This document shows positions 63,524 through 64,000 of a stretch of 64,000 nucleotides of DNA, one piece after another. The stretch comes from an uncultured Chromatiaceae bacterium (lineage in GTDB: Bacteria > Pseudomonadota > Gammaproteobacteria > Steroidobacterales > GCA-2729495). The notes beneath the pieces are model-generated. The model saw nothing but the letters and a program-made list of their open reading frames with translations. It made no database searches and was not told where the DNA came from. Where the stretch lies: NCBI GenBank assembly GCA_964407855.1, contig CAYOXI010000003.1, forward strand, positions 839 to 64,838, given 5' to 3'. Both the position numbers and the translations under genes were made by a program. How positions within the stretch are numbered: position 1 is the first letter of the stretch; every line of letters begins with the position of its first letter.

Positions 63524-63940
63524 CTAGTAGCGGGGACCGCCGCGGCCCCGGCCGCCCCCATCCCGACCGCCACCGCCCCCATCCCGACCGCCACCACCGT
63601 AGCCGCCGCCACCGTCCCGGCCGCCACCACCGCCGTAGCCGCCTCCGCCTCCGCCTCCGCCAAAGCCGCCCCGACCGCGGCCCCCGCCACCACCACCCTC
63701 ACGTTCGCGCGCTTCGTTGACCCGCAACTGACGACCTTCCATATCGTGGCCGTTGAGCCTGGCAATGGCAGTCTGGGCATCGGATTCAGGCATTTCGACA
63801 AACGCGAATCCCCGGAATCTCCCGGTCTCGCGATCATTGATCAGCCGGACGGCATCCACAGCACCGTGTTGCGAGAACAGCGTGCGGACTGAGTCTTCAT
63901 CGGCGGTATAAGGCAGGTTGCCTACGTATATCCTGGTCAT
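63524..63940 (-). CDS. RRM-type RNA-binding protein with Gly/Arg-rich C-terminal tail
   Basis: The ATG at 63940 gives 138 aa. RNP2 IYVGNL, RNP1 RGFAFVEM, then a 57-residue tail of GGGG/RGG/RDGGGG repeats. Confidence 0.9.
   Translation of the reverse strand: MTRIYVGNLPYTADEDSVRTLFSQHGAVDAVRLINDRETGRFRGFAFVEMPESDAQTAIARLNGHDMEGRQLRVNEAREREGGGGGGRGRGGFGGGGGGGGYGGGGGRDGGGGYGGGGRDGGGGGRDGGGRGRGGPRY
63527..63697 (-). repeat. in-frame GC-rich (GGN)n / 21-nt tandem repeats encoding the Gly-Arg tail
   Basis: The unit cccatcccgaccgccaccgcc (encoding GGGGRDG) occurs twice in tandem and in degenerate form beyond that. The mirror ORF 63502-63837 is an artefact of this low complexity. Confidence 0.7.
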
Positions 63941-64000
63941 GACGGTACCCCTGAACTCCTCAGTTGACGGACAGCACGAGAACATCGAATGTCAGTGCCT

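Noticed and set aside
63502-63837. A 111-aa Ala/Val/Gly-rich ORF on the minus strand in another frame across the RRM gene tail.
   Set aside because: It is an alternative-frame reading of the (GGN)n repeat. The RRM frame has clear RNP1/RNP2 motifs.

Overview
This 64-kb window looks like core chromosome from a visibly GC-rich gammaproteobacterium. It is almost entirely housekeeping genes in conserved blocks, with many 4-nt start/stop overlaps that suggest operons. I found no transposase, integrase, phage, CRISPR, toxin-antitoxin or recognisable defence genes.

Gene blocks, left to right:
- lpoA (3' part), yraN
- sspB-sspA and cytochrome bc1 petABC (minus strand)
- murA-ibaG, divergent from kdsD-kdsC-lptC-lptA-lptB-rpoN-hpf-rapZ
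- a patatin-like lipase and a Bcp peroxiredoxin
- a minus-strand carbon-metabolism run: tkt-gap-pgk-glycerate 2-kinase-pyk, plus an ATP:ADP-antiporter-like MFS protein
- metK-ahcY, cpdA, a TraB/GumN protein
- a 54-aa rubredoxin that the ORF track misses, a Lon N-domain protein, mpl, rnd
- adk, divergent from a likely PPi-dependent PFK and a K+-independent H+-pyrophosphatase
- a PAS-GGDEF-EAL protein, a Pcm-like methyltransferase, tolC, waaA
- a split class II ribonucleotide reductase (nrdJa/nrdJb) with NrdR-box-like sites
- a DegP/DegQ-family protease, an NDUFA9-like SDR, a putative aminopeptidase, cca, a MidA/NDUFAF7-like methyltransferase
- a pteridine reductase, folK-folB, tsaD, divergent from rpsU-yqeY-dnaG-rpoD
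- a GltB-like FMN protein, a membrane EEP phosphoesterase, a small secreted protein
- an ICMT-family methyltransferase translationally coupled to a minimal protein kinase
- a tRNA(CAU) that resembles tRNA-Ile2, and an RRM/Gly-Arg-rich RNA-binding protein

I do not see a convincing large undescribed system. The points most worth a second look are modest:
- the coupled ICMT-kinase pair
- a terminator-like hairpin in the rpsU leader
- NrdR-like boxes about 180 bp apart flanking an AT-rich island in the 505-bp nrdJ/degP-like protease intergenic region
- the adk/pfp/hppA pyrophosphate module
- the rpoN locus lacking ptsN and npr
- several perfect palindromes

All protein calls rest on my recognition of motifs in the supplied translations. 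No database search was run.
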